Counted from the stretch's first letter, positions 1-14,645 are shown. The stretch: 64,000 bases of DNA from Takakia lepidozioides (GCA_030704615.1 CM060732.1:63488001-63552000); one strand, 5' to 3'. A program made the numbers and translations. Notes: generated by a model from the letters alone, not told the origin.

Positions 1-429
1 AGAGCTAATTCTAGAGGAAGCACCCCAATCTAGCACACACGATCAGTAGACAAGGTAGACCAGTTTGTAGCACAAGAACAGTACTGAATCCCCAGCCCTT
101 CGTTGTTTAGGTTGCAATAGGAAATAGCTTGAAATCAAATGCCCAAACAGGATTCAAATTCAAATCTATCCTAGCCCAATGTTTTCCATGATGAGTGGGT
201 GAAAACCCCCATTGGATAAAACCTATTTACAAGGGAGAACTCAAGCTAGGGAAAACCCACTCCCATGTAGAAAATGAAATCTTCTTACTGGAAGACAACA
301 CTTCTCATGTTGATACAAATAAGATTGAACTCCAATTGAGAGTGAACAAGATCCGTCAAATGCACAGGATCAGGGGGGATCAGGGCATTGATCAGGAACT
401 CTCCGGCAGCATCAAAGCAAGTCTCTCAA

Positions 430-1470
430 GCAAGAGTTGACACAACAATAAAGCCCATCAAGCTTGCGATTGGACTTGCGAAATGACCATGCTGCATAAA
501 TTTGTGGCAAAGAGTTTGCTCCTCAAAGGACTTACCAGAATAATGCAACCGTCAAGTTTGTAATTGCCTCTAACTTATATGAACCTTTTGCAAGACTTTG
601 ATGCTATACTTCACCTCGTCTTCCATGACAACGCATCTAGCATGCAGCGTCTCTAAGAAACAAGTCTAAATCTACATGTTTTGTCACGTAAGAAGGTAAG
701 AAGATATCGCAATCAGCAACAGCAGGTCACTTGGGGTCGTATACAAATCGACTAATCCACGCCCTCATTGATGTTTGAGCTAAGGTCTACGTGAGTGAGC
801 ATATCTTCAATATCACCAAAACGGAGATAGTGAGACAAACCTAGTTGAGCCCACGTCAGTGGATCTCGATTTACTAAATGGAGTTTAATTTCGTGAGAGG
901 AGATCTGCGAGTGGAATCTTTCAATAGCTATCCATGTCACACTGTCCTATGCCACCCCTTCGCGGATATGCACGCATCTATTTGGGATTATGGCAGCCTC
1001 GCATCTCCACGCCCACGTAGCATGGGGTGCGTAGACCTCGAGCACACCTCCTCACTGCATTAGAGATTTAATTACGACCATGCAGTTGAAAGGTTCGGGG
1101 TTATAGAACTCATTAATGTGCTCTGCCAAAATAGATTCCTTCCCATCGATAAACGGGCGATCCACAATGTAGCTAGTCTAAGGATGATGAGTACAATTTA
1201 CATTTTTTAAGCAACCGACTTGGAATGATACCAGGCGAAGCAGGGCTTCTTAGAGGCGACAAAGACTGGCGTCACTCAGGCTTTGAAATGCCTATTTCGC
1301 CTCTACCAGGTATATATCCCTTTAAGAGGTCTTGGTGAGCTCACTGCACCACAGCTAGTGTTCGTCTCAGATTCTAAGAATCCAATGCACTTTCTCTCAG
1401 TGTTTCCGCATTGCCCACCCGCCAAGCCACGAGGACTTGGACTCTCGATATCCATTTCAAAATCGTAGTA
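430..1470 (-). pseudogene. Highly degraded Ty3/Gypsy pol-like relic (possible RNaseH end and integrase Zn-finger region)
   Basis: Minus-strand translation fragments such as RCVVMEDEVKYSIKVLQKVH...HYSG and YYDFEM resemble the integrase N-terminal and RNaseH C-terminal regions. There are many stops and the boundaries are vague. Confidence 0.25.
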
Positions 1471-2117
1471 ACACGCACACATGCTGCCTACTCTACTCCT
1501 TCCTCTCAACATTCTCACAATTTCTCATATTTAATCCAAAACTTGGATGAAAAAAACCACACATTTCCTGTTAAAAATATTGGTACTTGACGTCTCGACA
1601 AAATGTTTTGGCTTATCTCAGATGCTTTTGTTCTTCCGGGTGCAGTTTATAGAAATATGTAGAGCAGTTTCATTCGGGCCTGATTCTAGAGTGGTCCAGG
1701 AATAACTGTGGCCCAGGAATTAGAGTGGGACGCTTATGTAAGAAGGCCACGTGTATTAAGGAATGAGATGAGGGGGTCTAAAAACAGAAGGGAGGAATTG
1801 GCCAAATTTAGAATAGGGAGTCTTGTAAGGTTGACAAGTGTCCAGGGCCTTCTAGAAGGGTCCCAAGGTCGGCAGGCTTCTAGAAGGGTCCCACCGCCCT
1901 GAGACGGTATATAAGGGAGGCCCCCCCCCCTCTTACTACCTACTAATTTACTACTTACTAAATTAGTAAATAGTGGGCTCTGCAAAGGCAGGGCCCCCCA
2001 AAAAAATAGCAAACATGAATGAATTAAGTAAAACAAATTGGCCCAACAATGTGTGAATGGTTCCAATAATAGTTAACATACAATTGACTCCTATCGTGAG
2101 AGGGGATGGCTTCAAGC

Positions 2118-2220
2118 AGACGTTAATGTCATTCTTTTTTATTTTATTTTACAAGGGAAAGAAGACGTTAATGTCATTCTTTTTTATTTTATTTTACAAG
2201 GGAAAGAAGACGTTAATGTC
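2118..2220. repeat. ~45-bp tandem duplication (~2.3 copies)
   Basis: AGACGTTAATGTCATTCTTTTTTATTTTATTTTACAAGGGAAAGA is directly repeated. Confidence 0.9.
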
Positions 2221-5200
2221 TTTCAATGGTCCAGTAAAAGACAAGTTACCACATCCTTTTCAACTTGGCGCTACATTTCCACAAATTAAAGTTTTTTCTA
2301 CGTCCACCGATTTAAGTTACATCATAGCCTAGTCTCAACAGACTCGCAGTGATAGATAGTAGGTAGTAATATGGCAAGCAAGCGATAAGTAAAGTAAAGT
2401 AAAGTAAAGTTTGTTTAAACAGAAGTAATAAGGAGCTAGAGAGGCGCTGTGGGCAGAATCTGGTGATTCGTGAACTTTGTCCGTTGCCGTCGACGGGCCG
2501 CTCACGCACGTCAGCACTGGCGGCGGCGACGGCGACAAACGGAGCAGCGTGTACATCGAGGCCGCGTGGCTGGTGACGGCACGTTGGCGTCAAAAACTCC
2601 GTCAACGATCTTGTCGTTGGGGCACGTCAAATCTCAGTTACAATTCCCTACCTTGTACCTAGTGCATACCATTCCTGCCTTTTTGTCTTTGTGACCAGCC
2701 CACGCCCTTTCGTTTCCCCCCTCCAGTTCTTCATTTCCATGTTTAGCGAGCCTTCTTTTCAAGACAAACTTTGGTTTTGTCTTTTACAGCAAATTGGCTC
2801 TAGTGCGCGGTGATGATAGTTATGCGGGCAACACATTTGGTCTCGTGGGCTTCCAGGGTCTAGAAGGGGCCCATCAATCTGTCTGGCAGTGCGATTCAAA
2901 GCGTGCCTGGAACCCACTGGGATTCTGAGACCACTCCCTGGTAGGCTAGTAGCGATGCTTTTATGCTCCTTTTGGTAGCGCTGCACCTCCTCTGATACGC
3001 AGCTCTTATTATGGCCGTTATACAAAGACTTACACTGTACACAAGTTGAAATCAAAATGGTTGGCTTGTCGGGGTTGACAATCACTTGAAGCCGAGTTGC
3101 TGCTTTAGACACATAGATTAGGTAGGTCCACCTGTTATGCACTCTTCGTTATTAAAGAAAAAGAGAATTGGTCCATTGGTCTCATCTTTTCCTACATGTC
3201 AGATTGGCCTCATTCCGTTAGTGATTAACTTAGAGGTCGATTAAATTCTACAGGCAGTGGGCACAGTCCAGAATTTCACAAACACATTCCAATTCCATAA
3301 TGAGCCTGTAGAACAATTTAACGTAAGTGAATGCCACTCTGCTGGCTAGGCCTAGGAGCATTCCCTCATACAAAGATGTTCCCATTATGTGCAGTCGGGT
3401 GAAGTGGGGCCATACTGAGCTACATGATAAAGGCAAGGAGAGATGGTTGTTTGGGTCTGTGGTTCAACTCTTTGGTGTCGATAATGCAAGTGTACAAGGC
3501 ATATAATTGACAAACAAGTATCATCTTTTACAACACCTGCTGGAACTAAAACTTGCTAGAGTTTTATGCTGTTTATCATACCCACAAGGTGGGTACCACT
3601 GTTTGCCCTTGTTGTTAGTCATGAAGATGCATTCAGATTTCTTTTGTGGGGGGTTGTGGGGGATTAGTTTATTTCATCACATTAACAGATTCAGAATTTG
3701 ACTTGTATTGTACATTGTCACTGAATAACTGCAACACTCCTAGACCGGTATTGCAGTGTTGCAGTCACTGGGAAACAACACATTAAGAAAATCAAGAGTG
3801 CCAGATACTCTCTTTGGCACTCGCGGTAGTTTCACTCAAGGAATTTCCTTTCCTATTCTAAGCACTATGAAGGCTTTGCCATGCCCATGCTGAAACCTCC
3901 ATGTCAATTTCAGTTTGAAGCAGTCAATAGTGCTTCACAGTGATTGGTAGAGGGGGTGTAAGTTGGAGACTTTGGGTTGAGTGACTTAGGAGCTCTTCAC
4001 CGTCTCCTATATATGTCATGGTTTACTTGCAAGCCAGGAGCTTGCAACTTGTTTTTGTTTATTCAGAAGATCCTCTTGCTGATGGCACTCTTCTTGCTTA
4101 GGAGGTTCAAAGAATTATCTCACGGATATTATTTGTGAGAAGGCATGGATGGAGAATTGTAAGAGGAGGGAAGGGGAAGATGGGCGGTGTTGGATGCTTG
4201 CAACAGCAGGGAAGGGAGTGATTAGATTAGAGAAATGGACATGCAGGAGAAAACTCAAAGAGTTAAAGGGTTTAGAGGTTGCATGAGAAAGGATTGGCAC
4301 ACTACCAGTTACAGAGCAGCTTGCAGGATGAGGTCAAGTTCAAGATAGAGGTACAGGTTGTGCGATGCTTGTGGTCTCTATGCTGAGCCCCAGTGGAGAA
4401 CATCAGGCCTGTGTGCCATGGAAGCTTCATGCTACAAAAATCTTACCTGCAAGAGCTCAGGTTCGGAGGATCGTAGTGCGCAATCCATCATATCCGAGCA
4501 GGTTACCAACAAGCATCAGCATCAGCACCGGGTGGTACAGCAACGACATCTGTGCAACATTTGCAACATCAGCACGTAGTGGTTGGAGGACTGGAAAGAG
4601 AGAGAGAGGACTAGGGGGATTGACCCCAGAAGGCGGAAGCAGTGAATGCATGCGACAACATCCATTAATAGAAGTGAACGTTGACAAAGTTGAAATTGTG
4701 GTATGCCCAGAAAGGGTAGCCTTGTAACTAGCAGGGCCCTATTGTGGCCCCTCCTTGTCTAGTTACGCACTATCCAGCTAGCTTCTATAACCCCGCATAT
4801 CCCTCCAACAACCAATCACTTACCATTGTACATGGTCTGTCTTTCAAGTGTGTCCTATCTTTCCTCTAAAGAGTGGAGATAATGACCTCTGCATTTTAAG
4901 GGGAAGCAACGTGACTTCCAGGAACTGTGGTTTAGACAACCTTTCCCTCACCTTCCATATCTGCTCCCTTAGTAAAGAAAGCTGTACTGAAGGGAGATTA
5001 TACTAGTACTACCACCCTCCTCTGAAGGGTGCAATGGAAGGAACAGGAGTCTGAAGGAAGTTTCCCCCTTCTCCCCTAAGTTGTTCAAATTTCTGTCCCC
5101 TGATCAGCAAGGAGACAAAAGGACTGTTGTACAGGATCCTTTCCTTCCCTTTCCGCCCCTCTCAAAACCCCCAAAATGGTTGGGAAAGCTCTGTCAATGC

Positions 5201-5378
5201 CTACATCCCCATTGCAAGAGAGGTAAGAAAATTAGCTTTCTCCCTGTCCTCCCCAATTCGTCTTGCCCTTCCCTCATTCCCTCATTCCTACGTGTACAGG
5301 GGGAAAGGAATCTACATCTACAATTATTACTGTGGCCTTGTGAAAGGCAAGAAATCAGACTCTACTCCTTTCCCCTTC

Positions 5379-8300
5379 TTACGCTGTCCACGAAGCGGAT
5401 CTAGTGAGACCGGGCTTCATCTTCTTGTCTTCCTCCAGTCCGATCATGCCCAAGTGTGAGGGGTCCTCCAACATCATCTTGGACACCAAATAGCCAGCAA
5501 TGGACCAAGTCTGGAATTTCCGTGACTGTTTGCCAACATATCGCCCCAGCTTTCCATCATAATATTCTGGCCACCCATCCGCTGATAGCCTCTGTTCTAC
5601 CTGCTCAATTGCTCGCCTTGCCATTTGTGGCCTTCCTGCCTTGATGCATGCTGCCGTCATCATCCATAGCAGCACTGCACCCGAAAATATAAAAGCCAAA
5701 CCCTAGTATCAAAGTCTGCTGACTTAGGGAGGGAACATTTGACTTTCTCAAAAACAATATATACACATTAATATCTATAAACATATCACCAACTGAGATA
5801 CTTTGGTTGCACTTTCAAGGCATATCGGTGGCTGTTTCTCACTAGGATTGGGATCATAGTTGGAAAACACACTAGCAACACAAACATGGAATATCTTTCT
5901 AGGAATTGGAACTCCCATCCTTTGAGCACGACCACTGGAGCCTTTGAAGAGAGCTGTGCAGCATATCAGTTTCATTACAACCTGTCTCAATCTGGCAGCA
6001 GGCTCACTGCAAACAGTAATCCAGACGAGGGTGAAGTGAAGGGCTGTTTACTTGGCCAAGAGCCTCCATTGTGGTAGCTCCATCTGGTATTCTTTGGATC
6101 ACAGCCAGTCACAATTTGCCATTCGCTACCCTCCAGTGCAGGATAAGCCACCTTTAGTGGCATATCCCCTACGAGTTCGGGCCAGCGCTCTTCAAAGAGG
6201 TCCATAATGGCAGAGGCCTGCTCAGATGTCGCAAGGGATGAGAGAATTGCCCAACAATTACCAATAGCAAACCATCGGAAATCCATCCGGGCAGGGCTCA
6301 CATTTCCAATGAAGTAACCACCCTTCATGGGCATGAAGTCAAAAACCCAATCTGGAATGGAATCTGGAATCACGTTGAATTTATTCACAGCTGTATGTGA
6401 GTACTCTTCGGTCTTGTAGCGGTAGATGTTGTTGAGCTGGTTATGGTCTAGCCAGAAGTATTCACGCATGTGAAAGCTCAGAGCATGCAGCCGCTTATCA
6501 ATACGCTCGATAAACTCCTTCCCCTCCCCTTCTTGCTTAAGAAGACTTTTCGCAGACCGTAGTGCCATGTAGAAGAGGGCTTGAATTTCAATCGGATACC
6601 CATAGATTCCCTGTCATCCCAATCTATTACTATTAGCCCTCTTATCCACAGTAGCAATAACAAATGATCGTCATAAAAACACTTTGCAGTAAGGCATTGC
6701 AAAGGTATTACCCACAAGAACAACCTATTACTATTAGCCCTCTTATCCACAGTAGCAATAACAAATGATCGTCATAAAAACACTTTGCAGTAAGGCATTG
6801 CAAAGGTATTACCCACAAGAACAACCACTCCTGACTTGACATTAACAACTACAAGCAGCTAAGTAACTCCCCACAGCTGCCAGGGCCCCCATGCCAGGAT
6901 GTTACATGTATCATAATACTGGACCCCAAGTTTGAAATCAGAAGAACTGAGTGGAGTAGGTACATAACAGGTGTACCTCCCTCTTAAAGTCTCAAGCTTC
7001 GCAAAGAGCCATACAATTTTGTATGGCATGCACACACTTTGATAGTCACAGTCAAATGAAGCAACCGGATATTTTCAGGAATACATTAGGCATTGTTAGT
7101 GCCTTTTGAGTACACCTCTCATACTGACCAGAGTCGAAGCTCTGTACACTTACTAGAAACAGAGAAAAACTACTGGGTTCAAAAACTACTCACCATCCGG
7201 CGATCAGTCATACAACACCCATCAGCACAGAGAAGAGTCGGAAAAGTGTCAAAACCATCCGAGAGGCAGAGTGTCAAAATGAGCCTCATGCCTCTTTGGC
7301 AGTCTGGCATGTCTGCTAAGCCGTGGTCTCCTGTTGATTTCACATATGCTCTTAGAAGAATGATCCACCAAAACCCTGAATCAACTGGGGCAACCCTGCC
7401 AATTGCGCTCTCTCCAAAATCTGCTATCATGGTGTCCGTCTTGCGAACTTGGTCATGCAGCACCTAATCAGTGCAACAGGGATGGGGGAAAAGTTACAGA
7501 TAAAAGGACGCATGACAGTGCCATTGTACTACAAGATGTACAACACAAAGTACTTTGCAACTCCAAGATTATCAATTAGTATAAGGTTTGAGGAATCAAT
7601 ACGTAGGAGCATTTATGGAGACTATGCTGCAGATCAGTGGTCATTGGGAGCTACCTTGAAGCTGGCAGGCATTACACCCTCACCAAGCGTGAAACAATCA
7701 ATGCGCTTCTCAATACCCTGAAGCCGCAGGGTCTTCAGCAAAAAATTCTTCACAATCTCTGGCTCCCCATTCATAAGGAATGCCAATGCACTCGGCACAA
7801 AATCCCTCACAAAAACCTACACAGAACAAACCCACATTATTAAAGCCACAGTCACAATACCACTGAAATTCTTCCCACACTCGTAAGACGTGAAAACAAG
7901 ACTATATTCACACAGCGTGAGAAAAGCATCCCCTGAGAGCCCATTTATGGTACTGGAGCTTGCCATGAAAGTAGTGTGGGTTCTGGTCTTCCTGATTTGC
8001 TCTCAACTAGTGCATCTATTTCGTGTGGACACATACATACATGTATCAACCACAGGAGAACTCAAAGGGAAGGCCATAGCTTTTGGTTCCAACTGGAGCT
8101 TCTGGAATGTAGAGAGAAGCAGATTCAGTAACAACATACTTGATGCTTTCAAAGAGAACTACCATTGAGAGATATATTTTAGCTATCATGCATCAGAAAT
8201 GTGCACTGTCATCACCCTCAATCATATTACACACAAAGAACCTAGTGGACAGCAGCCTTCTCTCTCTAATTTTTCCTCCCTGGGAAGTGCATCAGATGGC

Positions 8301-9718
8301 CAATGACAATGGGCTCTAAGCAGAATTTTCCCCAATGATATATGGGCTTAGGTTAAAGGTCTACAATGTATTGAGTTTGGAATATTCTTTTATTCCCCCG
8401 GCCACAGCCACTATACCAAAGTACAGAGACAATGGCAATCAATTAGATCTTATTTGAGCAGGAAGGATAGTAAATGAGGTCAATGAACATTACAAGGACC
8501 ACACACATCATAGCAAGTCCTAAGCTCTGCAGCATTCTCAAATAAACAAAGTCTTTTAAGTACAGTTGCGAAGGATTCTTGAATGACCAGGTTGCTGTAG
8601 CACCAAGCAATCCAACTACCAAGAGTTGCTGCTCTTAGGGAAAAGGTTGCTGGGTTGCCGTTGACTCATTTACAGCACACCATAAAACGGACTCAAAAAA
8701 CAAAACAAGTGGCCGATAAATCTCTTTGTATAGTGAAACGTCTGTTTGACCAGGTCCTCACAGCAGTCCCGGCTTCATTCAAATACCCGTAAAATTTGTG
8801 TTTTACGAGACGTCACTTAATGAAAGCCAGTTTCGGCAAATCTGCGATAGTAAGTTCTTACAATCCTCTTATATAATTACCATGGTTACTTATGTTCTGG
8901 TTTAGCTCCTTCAGCTTCACATGTTGGTTGCAAAGCGGACAGCACGTTGTGAACCTATAAGTATCTTAAATCCCATGATGAAGCATGGAGACAGGAAGTT
9001 GTGCCATAAAGAAAGGCCTACCTGAAGGTCAGTCAGTGCCGATGCTCCTGAGAGCAGGTGTCAGGCCATTCCAGCCACACCTGCCGCCAGCAGGCCAGGG
9101 AAATGGGACCCTAGCAGGCACGCAGGCAGCAGGCTCTCAATTTGCCTACACGATATAACCTTAAGCATGCGAGTAACGACCGTGACCAGGGATCAGCAGG
9201 GCGAATGGAAGTGACAAAAACTATACCTGATTGTAATTGAGAGACTCCTCCGTTGGGTCCAGGGCAGCAATGGTCCCCACAGGCTTCGACCGAAAATACA
9301 CCAGAGATTTCCTGAGCCGGTCCCATGCGTCTGCGATCATTGGATGCGGTTCAAATGTATGCTTCTCCCGCGGTGTTCCCGCTGATACTGAGCGTATGCT
9401 TGGAGAGAGCAAGGCCTCCAGGCACTCTGTGGTCTTCGCAGGCTCTAACGACCTGGGGGGCCGAGGTGAAGAGAGGTCAGCAGCGATGATGTCGGTGAGA
9501 GACCTTTCATCATTGTCCGAGTTGAGGTCGTTGAAAGACCTTTCATCAAAGGACTTCTTGGCTCGGTGCGTATGTATGGGCCGAGGCTTCACCTCCAGCA
9601 ACTTTGCAAAGTCAATGCCATTGTCATTTGAATGGCAGTAGGCATCAAGGTTCCTTCCTAGAGCCTCTGGTGTGGTGTCCAAGGAGAGGGTGCTTAAGCT
9701 GAGCATATCGAAAGGCAT
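5379..9718 (-). CDS. CINV: Cytosolic alkaline/neutral invertase (GH100), 5 coding exons, ~592 aa
   Basis: Exons 9718-9227, 7816-7655, 7463-7194, 6610-6052 and 5674-5379 have GT-AG borders and consistent phase (1779 nt total). Hallmark motifs: [96 protein letters not shown] and C-terminal RSASWT. The start codon is uncertain; ATG 9718 is the first in-frame ATG after an in-frame stop. Confidence 0.95.
6624..6825. repeat. Perfect 101-bp tandem duplication in invertase intron 3
   Basis: 6624-6724 is identical to 6725-6825 and lies next to the exon-4 acceptor. Confidence 0.9.
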
Positions 9719-10903
9719 ATGGTCCCCTTCCACACTCTGTTAGTATGATGTGGTATGTCTCAACGAGAGTGACAGTCCCTTAGTCCTCCCTTTAGATTAT
9801 CGTCCGGAATTGCTGGTTTCAATGTGAGATCTGACCGTAATGGATACTATTCCAGGCAAACCTATTAATTAAGTTCAAGGGACTCTCTTGACTCTTTCAG
9901 AAAGGAGGCTTCAGATGCTACAGAAAGGAAGCTTACCGATGCTAAGTGTTCACTGGCTAGTGGATGTCACTCTTCTAGGAAAGTCGGGATCAAACTGCTT
10001 GCGGATGATACACGTCAAGCTACTTCCTATCCAGTTTCAGTTTCGTCGGGATTTTCAATCGGCATTCCTGAATGCGAACATACATAAACTCGGAATGATC
10101 GCACTGTGTTGGACAAGAATAGATGTAACTCAGACCAATTGTTTGCATCAAACTTTCCACTTCACTCTCCCTTTCCTTCCCTCCCCCAGCATACAAACAA
10201 TTCAACAACTCCGCTGTGTCCTTGGCGAGGTGAGACTCCTCAAGATCTAACCGACACTAAAATGTGCAAGCAAGAAAGAGCGAAACGATCTTCTTAAAAA
10301 TTGCTAGAGTCTCAGTAAAGGTGCACACAAAATACAACTGCAAGAACCGAATTCAATGGCTTACTACAGGCTCAAAACACCAAAACACAGTAATTACTGG
10401 AAAGTTGACCGGAGATTGGCTGATCCGCAGATAATACTGATGTCCCTTACAGGAACAAGTGGAAAGCAATTCGATCTTGGTCAACGCGGACACTGGGAGC
10501 AGTTACAAGAAGGTAGAAGCAGCCGCACTGAGCAGGACCTTCCCTTCCGATAATGTGAGAGAGAGTGTTGAGGCCAGCACGCAGATTAGTCTGCCAGCTT
10601 CGGATCCCTCTCTCTCTCGGACAAGCGCCGCAGAATCACGACTCGGGGAAGAATCTGTCAATCCAAATCGCAGCAGAACCTCCCCCCTCAGGAAGAACCA
10701 GAAGAAGCAGCAGCAGCAGGAAGACGAGAAACCAGCAGCGCCTCCACTCCGGGAATCCTAAGAAGAGAGAGAGGAGGGAAGAAAGGAAAAGCAGGAAGAG
10801 AAGAGGAAGAGGAAGCGGAAGGTGAAGGGGCAGAGCGAACGCAAGAGAGGCAATCGCTGGGCAAACGGAGACACGAAAGAGAAGAGGGCGTCGCGAGGGG
10901 CAC

Positions 10904-10910
10904 ATTTATA
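10904..10910 (-). promoter_or_regulatory. Probable TATA box of the invertase gene
   Basis: Minus-strand TATAAAT is followed ~30 bp later by a CT-rich 5'UTR-like tract (10760-10885), with a GC-rich region upstream. Confidence 0.6.
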
Positions 10911-13802
10911 GCGCCCCAGCCTGCGATGCGAGGCGACTGTGCCCGCCAGCTGGCCACCCGGCCCCGCCTGCCTGCCCCCCATTATTGCCGCTACCGCGCC
11001 GCACCCGTGCTCCCCCGCCCGTGCTCCCCCGCGGCCCCACTAATTGGCGGGCGCGGATCGTCACGTCCAATCCCCTTCCCTCTGCACTTATATTTTATTT
11101 ATCAAAACCAAATTAATAAAAGGCAACTTTTATTTTTAGCGTTATCATACTTACTATGCATTTCCAGGGAGAAATAAAGCGAAAATAAAGTGGGGTCGCT
11201 AAAATGCATATTTTGTCGCTGCAGTACGATGCACGCGCCACGGGATGCGACAAAAGGGCTCCAAACTATACTAAACCCCGCCCGACCTTGCAACCGCGCT
11301 GCGCCCGGGTGCCCGCGACTGCGACCGCGCCCGGCCGACTGGAGGAGGGGCGGGCGGGCAGCCGTTTTTACTTTTTCTTACATACGAGACCAAGGGGCGA
11401 GCTCTTGGCCCGGCGGGAATACGGCCACGCCCTTTCCTTTAATATAATGTATAGGTGCATTTGTCTTTTTTTATTTCGTGTATTTGTATATTGTATGGCA
11501 GAGGTTGCGGGGTAAAAAGTTTGGCCCGGGTAGGGGACTGGAGCTTTGGTTTCCAAGTCGAGTGTTGACTGTAATTTGCGGACATTAATATGCGGTTCGG
11601 GTGATTTGATTGCGGGGCAGCCATGTTGACTCTCACGGTTCAATAGCTTTGGAGTATAGCATCATGGTGGCCAATACGCAACTGCTATACGTACATTCTT
11701 TCACCTTCGCGCGACCTAGCCTTGGCATTTCGGCGAGGGTTATTATTCATATTAACCGCCGCTAGTTTAGCCAAACGGGCAGGAACCCGTTTGAACGACG
11801 GGCCTGCGGGCAGAACGTCGCACTGCGTCCCCCTGCCGTTTGGTCAGGTCGCCGGCCGTCACGGAACGTTTGTCACAATCGCCGACCGTAGGACGGCCTC
11901 AACAGTTTTTGGGCCGGTCCGTAGCCAACGTTTAGCCAGAACCCATTGTGCAGGATGACATCCGCTGGAGGTAGACGTGCTCGACTAAACCCTTACGGAT
12001 GGATGGATGAAAGTAGAACTATTGCGCAAGTGCCTAAATTCTGGCTCCACCTCTCCACACTTGTTTAAAAGAAAAATACTCCAATATAGTAGGTATGAAT
12101 TATATTAATTTCTCATATGGACGGTCACTAAGCTTCGTTGGTTCCAATTTTAAGTTAAGATTTGCCGAAGCTGCGCACAAGGATTGTGGAGTCGATAAAG
12201 ACGGAGCGTGTGAAAGTGTTATGGAAGGTCCAATGAAGAAACCGACGTCACCACATTGCCTGTTCCGTCACCAAGCTGGCCACACCTAGTTATGTACCCG
12301 CACCCAACTGCTAACTTACTTCCAAACCATGGGCTACCACTGATACAGTACCGTACGACTCTCTTGTGCACGGCCACTTGGGCAGATTAAAAAAAAACTT
12401 AAATCCGAAATAGCGAAAGAAAAAAAGAGGGAAAATCAGAAGCCTACGTGTGAAAAACGACATTTATGTATTGCCAGACTGGCGAGCAGGATAGCCAATC
12501 ACGTCCAACCGCGCAGTTTTATTGCGAGCCCCGCTGGCCTGACCGCGACGTGAGTAGCAGCCTCGCAGTAACCTGCGAGTGACCGCGCCGTAGCCGCGAC
12601 AACCAGTAGCCCGGTCGGAGTGGCGATAGAGGTAATGAGTGATAGCGCGGGTTGATAAGTGGTGGCACATGAAGGCGATGCATGACGCGGATTTGAGTGA
12701 TCTGCGGACTGTGCTTTATGTCAGCGCCCTATATTATATAATAGTACGGCTCGGAGTCTGAATAACTTATCATCGCTGCTAGGATAAGCAGAGCCGAAGC
12801 TAGGACCGAGCCGAGGCCTGAATACGGATCGGAGGTGGGACTCAGAAGTCACGGGCTTTCCCACCAGCAGCGTGCGCCGCGTGTTCCCTCCCCCGGGCGA
12901 CCGGTTACTGCCGGTGGCAGGGCTAAACCCTACCAACCAAAAAGGTGGTTGGTAGCCAACTTTCCCATCTTTCCCTCCGCCAAAGCCTTGTCTGTTCTTT
13001 ATTACGTTAAAATAAGTTAGGGATACTGATTGGTCGCTCAGGCCCGGCAGGTTCCCTTGTCAATATAATACCAACAAAATTCCTTTCAACCTCTCCAAGT
13101 TTTTACCTCTTGCTGTACTTAGGTGTTTGGATTGTGCCTCTTGGTATCTTCTTCTCTGCGGTCTTTTGGTGCTTCCATCTTTTCAAATCCCCCATCCATC
13201 CATCGCCTACCTTTTCATGTTCCTGTTCTGCCTTTTCAATTTTGGCTTTTCATCTTTCGAGTTCACTTCTTCAAATCTGCCCAAGTGGATGTATGTCAAC
13301 ATCCACCACCATGAAGTCTAAAACCGCATGGAAAGAGCCTCTCAACAGAATTTCAATCAAATAGGTAGGTATATTCCATGAGCACAAATACAATTTCTCA
13401 AGGGCTAATTAAATTCTCCTCTTTTTCAAAAGAAAAGAAAAACATTTATGCAAAGATTGGAAAATAACCCTCCCTCAGAAACATTTCAGATTATGTCACA
13501 TTAGAAGGAGAGTGGAAAAAATCACCCCCTATTTTCAATAATTAAAATAACAAATGTTATTTGTTATTTCCCTTCATTTGAGTTAAAACCACAATATTAG
13601 GCTGACAGGTATGTCCGGTCATACGGACCGGACAGGCCACAGCTGTACCTGCCTCGTACCCGATGCTTCCGCGACCTCTTTAACCATGGTTAGGTATCAG
13701 ACTCCCGGATAAGGATGACTAGGCTAGCACGTGCGAACGATATTTTAGTGCACGTTTTCACTCGGCGTCAGTCGGCGGCTTTCACCTACCTATGTAAAGT
13801 TA

Positions 13803-14645
13803 CAGTCGACCCTGGCTAAATGTACCCTCTTTATGTGTTCTAAGGGGTGTAATTGTTCTCTCTTTTTTACTCCCTAAAATTTTACACTATGCTGCAGTAG
13901 GGATGTTATATGTTAAACGTTACGAAAATGGTACTCCCTCCTTTGTAAAGTGACCCTTGATTTACGTTATGTCCATATTTGTTAGGAAAGTACCCCGCCT
14001 AAAGTAGGTTGAAACATAAATATTTCCATAATAAATAATGTGGAACCACCGATATGTGATGATTAAATTTCTGAATTAATATAGGGATGGATGTCGAGCA
14101 AATTGGCTCTATATAATGCAATGTAGTTACGTTTCCGACTATGGGGGTTCACGAATTTGTTCATTACGAGGAAGAACACGATCTGAACACTCCACTTGCA
14201 CCTACGGAAAGCTTAGGAACTCGTTGATCCATGTGCAAACGTTGAAACTGAAGATGACAAAGACGAACCTATTTTAGATCCAGTGGCACAAGTGACATTT
14301 TCCAATGTTCAGGAGGAATTCAAAGTGATTAATATGTTTCTAGAACAACAACCCTCGGTGGTTGGTTGAGAGACTTTCCAATAGGGTTAGATCTCTAGAA
14401 AATAGTCTAAGTTATCTACGTTGCAAGTTGCAAATTGTCGAAATGACACTATTGACATAATTTTCAGTCGATTTGACATGTAACTCTGTAAATGTTATAT
14501 TTTTGACATCATCCCTGGTTTACTGTTACATGGATAAATGTTAAGAAGAGTCTTGGCCGGCCTCTTTAATTAGTAATATGTTATCACTCTGTTATTGTTG
14601 TTTTTTTCTTACTCCCAAGGCGTAACAATAAAGGAGGGTGGACTG
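13803..14645. mobile_element. Degenerate Tc1/mariner (pogo-like) element remnant
   Basis: Imperfect TIRs CAGTCGACCCT / AGGGTGGACTG. TA is present only on the left, and the interior is AT-rich and decayed. Confidence 0.35.

Noticed and set aside
10459-10982. Overlapping short ORFs upstream of the invertase
   Set aside because: They arise from CT/GA-rich 5'UTR and promoter sequence and show no recognisable domains.
12900-13010. Telomerase RNA gene (template-like CTAAACCCTA)
   Set aside because: No recognisable USE upstream of the TATA, and the motif is ~190 bp from it. AAACCCTA telo-boxes occur many times in this window. Not supportable without a covariance-model search.
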